Shown piece by piece: positions 59,823 to 64,000 of a DNA stretch of 64,000 nucleotides. Position 1 is the first letter of the stretch. Each line of letters begins with the position of its first letter. The stretch spans positions 2,589,740 through 2,653,739 of the forward strand of contig OZ220734.1 of the NCBI GenBank assembly GCA_965116945.1, written 5' to 3'. This DNA comes from Dehalococcoidia bacterium (GTDB lineage: Bacteria; Chloroflexota; Dehalococcoidia; Plut-88900). The notes beneath the pieces are model-generated. The model was not told where the DNA came from. It made no database searches and saw only the letters and a list, made by a program, of their open reading frames with translations. A program made the position numbers and the translations under genes.

Positions 59823-60838
59823 CCAGTTTACTTGAACAAATTGCGACAACCCGGGGCACGGGCTTCCCCACCCAGCGCCTCCGACGCCTGCGCCGCAGCC
59901 AGGCAATGCGGGACCTAACTAAGGAGACCGCCCTTAGCCCCAGCGACTTCATATATCCCATGTTCGTCACCCAGGACTCGGGGCAAAAGAGGCCGGTTGA
60001 CTCCATGCCAGGCGTCTACCAACTCTCCCCCGACCTCGCAGCCAGGGAGACCGAGGAGGTAGCCGCCCTCGGTGTCAAAGCTGTCCTCCTTTTTGGAATC
60101 CCTAACGAAAAGGACTCGGTTGGTACGGGGGCCTACGATTCCAACGGCGTTATCCAGGAAGCAGTCGCCCGCATAAAAGACGCCTGCCCCGAGACCATTG
60201 TCATCACCGACGTTTGCCTCTGCGAATACACCGACCACGGCCACTGCGGCGTCATAGTCGATGATTACGTCGAAAACGATCAAACCCTGTCACTCCTCGC
60301 ACGCACCGCCCTTTCCCACGCCGAGGCCGGCGCCGACATCGTCGCCCCTTCCAACATGATGGACGGCGCCGTCGGCGCAATCCGGGACATGCTCGACCGC
60401 AACGACCTTGACCTGACCCCTATCATGGCCTACTCCGCCAAATATGCTTCATCCTTTTACGGACCTTTCCGGGATGCCGCCCAATCCACGCCCTCCTTCG
60501 GAGACCGTCGGTCCTACCAGATGGACACCCGCAACTCTCGGGAAGCCCTCCTGGAGATTGAATTGGACATCCAGGAAGGCGCCGACATAATCATGGTAAA
60601 ACCCGCCTTGGCCTTTCTTGACGTCATCTCCAAGGCCCGAGAAGCCTTCAACCAGCCCCTTGGCGCTTACAACGTCAGCGGCGAATACGCCATGGTAAAG
60701 GCTGCCGGCCGAAACGGCTGGCTCGACGAAAAGAGAGTTACCATGGAAATCCTCACCGGAATCAAGCGCGCCGGCGCCGACATCATTCTCAGCTATCACG
60801 CAAAAGAGGTCTCTCGCTGGCTAAGGGAACAGGAGTAA
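59819..60838 (+). CDS. hemB: Porphobilinogen synthase (Zn-type)
   Basis: DVCLCEYTDHGHCG, AKYASSFYGPFRDA, MVKP and YNVSGEY. Confidence 0.97.
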   Translation: MTSLLEQIATTRGTGFPTQRLRRLRRSQAMRDLTKETALSPSDFIYPMFVTQDSGQKRPVDSMPGVYQLSPDLAARETEEVAALGVKAVLLFGIPNEKDSVGTGAYDSNGVIQEAVARIKDACPETIVITDVCLCEYTDHGHCGVIVDDYVENDQTLSLLARTALSHAEAGADIVAPSNMMDGAVGAIRDMLDRNDLDLTPIMAYSAKYASSFYGPFRDAAQSTPSFGDRRSYQMDTRNSREALLEIELDIQEGADIIMVKPALAFLDVISKAREAFNQPLGAYNVSGEYAMVKAAGRNGWLDEKRVTMEILTGIKRAGADIILSYHAKEVSRWLREQE

Positions 60839-60846
60839 GTGGCTGG

Positions 60847-61428
60847 ATGAGTTTCGTATCGTTGGCCCTCAAGGAATGGGCGGTAATCACCCGGGCCCTC
60901 GCCCGAGGTGAGCAGTTTCTCGTCCTTCGCAAGGGTGGCATCCGGGAACAGCAGAAGCGCTTCGTCCTCGAAGGCAACCGCTTCCTCCTCTACCCGACCT
61001 ACGAGCACCAGAGCCCCGACCTCCTGAAACCCCAGTGGCACGACGCCTTGGCCCTCACCGAGGCCCAGGCCCCTCCTCCCGACACCGTCATAATTGACAC
61101 CCTCGCCGAAGTAGTCGAAATCCTCGAAGTCTCCGAACCCGAACGCGTCTCTGCCCTCGAAGACTTCTACATCTGCACCAACGACTATGCCCAGTACCGC
61201 CTTAAGTGGCGCCCCAAGCACCCACTCTCGATAATCCTGCTTCGGGCCATGAAACTCAAACGAGCTTTCTCAATCCCCGTTCTGCCCCGCTACGGCGGCT
61301 GCACCTCCTGGGTGCAGATCGAAGAGCCTATTAACGTCACCGGCGCCCAGGCCGTCGTCCCCGACGAGACCCTCCGCTCAGAGATCAACTGCATCAAGGA
61401 GGCCGTCGGCACGGCCGTCCCCGTATGA
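60847..61428 (+). CDS. DUF1802-family protein
   Basis: ALKEWA...LRKGGIRE, FLLYPTYEHQ and YGGCTSWV. Confidence 0.85.
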   Translation: MSFVSLALKEWAVITRALARGEQFLVLRKGGIREQQKRFVLEGNRFLLYPTYEHQSPDLLKPQWHDALALTEAQAPPPDTVIIDTLAEVVEILEVSEPERVSALEDFYICTNDYAQYRLKWRPKHPLSIILLRAMKLKRAFSIPVLPRYGGCTSWVQIEEPINVTGAQAVVPDETLRSEINCIKEAVGTAVPV

Positions 61429-62420
61429 AGTACCGCACGGTCCCCAACACCGACCTCTCAGTCTCCGAAGTCGGATTCGGCACATGGACCCTCGTCAGCA
61501 ACTGGTGGGGCAACGTCAACGAAGAACAGTCCATCAACCTCGTCCACAAGGCCCTGGACCTCGGAATCAACCTCTTCGACACCGCTGACCAGTACAGCTC
61601 CGGCGTCAACGAGGAAGTCGTTGCTAAGGCCCTCAAGGGCCAGCGCAACGATGTCGTCCTCTGCACAAAGGTCGGCTACGACTTCTACACCTTCACCGCC
61701 CGAGTCCGCCACAAGGAAAAACCTCAGAACTTCGAGCCCCAGTTCATCCGTGAAGCCTGTGAAAAGAGCCTCCGACGCCTCGATACCGACTGGATAGACG
61801 TATATCAACTCCACAACCCTCGCATCAACGTCATTGAGCGAGATGACGTTTTCGAGACCCTTGAAGACCTCAAAAAGGAGGGCAAGATCCGCTACTACGG
61901 TGTAGCCCTCGGCCCCGACATCGGCTGGTTCGAAGAAGGCCAGGCATCAATGCAGGAGCGTTCCGTATCCACCCTCCAGATCATTTACAGCATCCTGGAG
62001 CAGGACCCCGCCCGGGACTTCTTCCCTATCGCCAAAGACTGCGATACGGGACTATTCGTCCGTGTCCCTCACGCCAGCGGCCTCCTGGACGGCACAGTCA
62101 ACCGGGACACCGTCTTCCCGGAGACCGACCACCGCAGCTACCGCAAACGCGAATGGCTCGACGAGAGCATGGACAAGGTTGACCAGATCGGCTTCCTCAC
62201 CGAGGACACGGGCCTCAACATCGGCCAGGCAGCCCTGAAGTACTGCCTGGGTCAGGAGACCGTTTCCTCCGTCCTCCTGACCGCAACCGATCCCGCCCAG
62301 CTAGAGGACTACGCCCAGGCCCCCCACCTCCCCGACCTCCCCCGGGAGCATCTTGTCCGCGTCTACGAACTTTATAAGGACAACTTCGGCATCAAGCCGG
62401 CTCCCACCGCCGCAGGCTGA
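61425..62420 (+). CDS. Aldo/keto reductase
   Basis: VSEVGFGTW, FDTADQY, SLRRLDTDWIDVYQLH and EGKIRYYGV. Confidence 0.92.
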   Translation: MKYRTVPNTDLSVSEVGFGTWTLVSNWWGNVNEEQSINLVHKALDLGINLFDTADQYSSGVNEEVVAKALKGQRNDVVLCTKVGYDFYTFTARVRHKEKPQNFEPQFIREACEKSLRRLDTDWIDVYQLHNPRINVIERDDVFETLEDLKKEGKIRYYGVALGPDIGWFEEGQASMQERSVSTLQIIYSILEQDPARDFFPIAKDCDTGLFVRVPHASGLLDGTVNRDTVFPETDHRSYRKREWLDESMDKVDQIGFLTEDTGLNIGQAALKYCLGQETVSSVLLTATDPAQLEDYAQAPHLPDLPREHLVRVYELYKDNFGIKPAPTAAG

Positions 62421-62457
62421 TCCCCACCCCCCCGACCCCTTATCGCCAGGATTGAGC

Positions 62458-63459
62458 ATGGTCGCCAAAACCACCCCCGACCTCACCGCCACCGAAAAAG
62501 AGATCCTCAACATCCTTCAGTGGGACTTCCCCCTCGTCGAGACCCCCTTCGCTGAGATCGGGACGCGGCTCGGCATGACGGAAGACGAGGTCATCTCCCT
62601 CATCGGCAAGTTGAAGGACGACGCCATAATCCGCGAGCTCAACGCCATATTCGACACCCGACGCCTCGGCTACAAGAGCTCCCTTGTCGCCGTCCGTGCC
62701 CCCGAGGACCGCGTCGACCAGGTCGCCGACGTCATTAGCGAACACCCCGGCGTCAGCCACAACTACAAGCGCGACCACTACTTCAACATCTGGTTCACCC
62801 TCGCCGTCCCCCCCGAGGCCGAGCTCGAAACCGAGCTCGATTCCCTCGCCACCCGCGCCGGCGCCGAAAAGTACCGCCTCCTCCCCACCAAGCACCTCTT
62901 CAAGATCGGCGTCAAACTCGACATGACCAAGGACGAGGAAAAGTTGCAGCCCGAAGCCCGAGCCAGGAAGAAGCCCCGACCCGCGGCCGGCCCACTGACC
63001 GAAGAGGACAGGGCCTTCGTCCGTGAACTTCAGGAAGACGTACCCCTGGTCCCGCGCCCCTTCGACGGCATGGCCGAAAGCCTGGGCATATCCGTCCCGC
63101 AGCTTCTTGAGAAGATAACCTCGTTCCAGGAGTCGGGTCTGATGCGTCGGTTCGCAGCCGTGCTGCGACACCAGAATGCCGGGTTCACTTCCAACGGCAT
63201 GGTCTGCTGGAAGGTCCCCGAGGAGCGGATAAGGGAAGTGGGAGAGATGGCCGCCTCTTTCCCCCAGGTCAGCCACTGCTATCAGCGCCCCACCTACCCG
63301 GACTGGCCTTACAGCCTCTTCAGCATGGTCCACTCTCGCTCCGACGAAAAGTGCCGCCGCATCGCCGAACAGATTTCGGAGAAAACAGGAATAACCGACT
63401 ACGAGATTCTCTTCAGCACAAAGGAATACAAAAAAGAGAGGGTCAGGTACTTCGTTTAG
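62458..63459 (+). CDS. Fused siroheme decarboxylase AhbA/AhbB (NirDL/GH-like, Lrp/AsnC fold)
   Basis: Two repeats: FPLVETPF...GVSHNYKR...NIWFTL and VPLVPRPF...VSHCYQRP...WPYSLFSMVH. Confidence 0.88.
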   Translation: MVAKTTPDLTATEKEILNILQWDFPLVETPFAEIGTRLGMTEDEVISLIGKLKDDAIIRELNAIFDTRRLGYKSSLVAVRAPEDRVDQVADVISEHPGVSHNYKRDHYFNIWFTLAVPPEAELETELDSLATRAGAEKYRLLPTKHLFKIGVKLDMTKDEEKLQPEARARKKPRPAAGPLTEEDRAFVRELQEDVPLVPRPFDGMAESLGISVPQLLEKITSFQESGLMRRFAAVLRHQNAGFTSNGMVCWKVPEERIREVGEMAASFPQVSHCYQRPTYPDWPYSLFSMVHSRSDEKCRRIAEQISEKTGITDYEILFSTKEYKKERVRYFV

Positions 63460-63546
63460 CACCCGTCCCGTAGCCGGTTATACGGTTCAGAAACTAGCCC
63501 CGAGGCAAAACTCTACCCCAGGAACTCGACGGTAGACCGGACTGTG

Positions 63547-63651
63547 CTAGTCCGCCTCCGCCTCCTTGTTGCTCATGCGGCCCCTTATTATCTTGGCCGC
63601 CGCGCCAATCACCGCAGCAATCAGGGCAATGACGACGAACTTCTTCTTCAT
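63547..63651 (-). CDS. Small 34-aa single-helix membrane protein (below the ORF-track cutoff)
   Basis: MKKKFVVIALIAAVIGAAAKIIRGRMSNKEAEAD*; AGAGGTG RBS upstream. Confidence 0.55.
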   Translation of the reverse strand: MKKKFVVIALIAAVIGAAAKIIRGRMSNKEAEAD

Positions 63652-63827
63652 TTCAGACACCTCTTTCCCCAAGAGTCCGGGACCGGAACATTACTCGACC
63701 CCGGTATTTCAATTATATTGATTTTCCCGCTCATTTCGCAACACAACCCACCGCTTGGCATCGCCTTCGCCGGTTGCCCGTCCGGCTTGTCACGGCTACC
63801 ATATCCCTCTATAGGAGGAGAGTTGTC

Positions 63828-64000
63828 ATGACCCAGAGCAAGTTCCGAGTCCTTCACACCGACCCCGATAACCTCGGCGCTCCCCTCGACGTCGAGATCA
63901 ACACCCTGGCTCAGATCAGCGCCGAGATAATCTCAGTTGATTGCAAGACCGAAGAGGATGTCATTGAAGCCGGTAAGGACGTAGACGGCATCCTCAACAT
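63828..64000 (+). CDS. 5' part of a D-2-hydroxyacid dehydrogenase / CtBP-like protein (truncated by the window end)
   Basis: AGGAGG RBS; MTQSKFRVLHTD...DCKTEEDVIEAGKDVDGILN resembles the 2-Hacid_dh N-terminus. Confidence 0.6.
   Translation, partial: MTQSKFRVLHTDPDNLGAPLDVEINTLAQISAEIISVDCKTEEDVIEAGKDVDGILN

Overview
Bacterial genomic window. The gene content and order (dprA-topA-xerC-aroQ-pepP-efp, PurN form, many TTG starts) suggest Chloroflexota/Dehalococcoidia, and the sup-type PKS suggests a sponge-associated lineage; both are inferences. About 1-23 kb is accessory: a decaying histidine kinase/ABC-ATPase pair, 8-oxoG glycosylase, a DUF2971-like gene, a ferritin-like diiron enzyme, rhodanese and YbaK. 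It also holds a 10.4-kb sup-type type I PKS (KS-AT-DH-cMT-ER-KR-ACP-KS0-AT0) followed by a free ACP, an Sfp-type PPTase, an alpha/beta-hydrolase and a Fe(II)/2-oxoglutarate enzyme. In that last enzyme the HxD triad is replaced by HxG, the signature of radical halogenases, so a sup-PKS coupled to a candidate aliphatic halogenase is the best candidate for an undescribed system. About 23-64 kb is mostly core genome with a strongly C-rich + strand: clpX/clpP/tig, aspS, a sigma-70 factor, folD/metF, coaBC/coaX, a vapBC module, nnr, acpS, rlmD, maf, MFS transporters, and a siroheme/Ahb-type tetrapyrrole operon. No tRNA, rRNA, CRISPR array or transposase was recognised.
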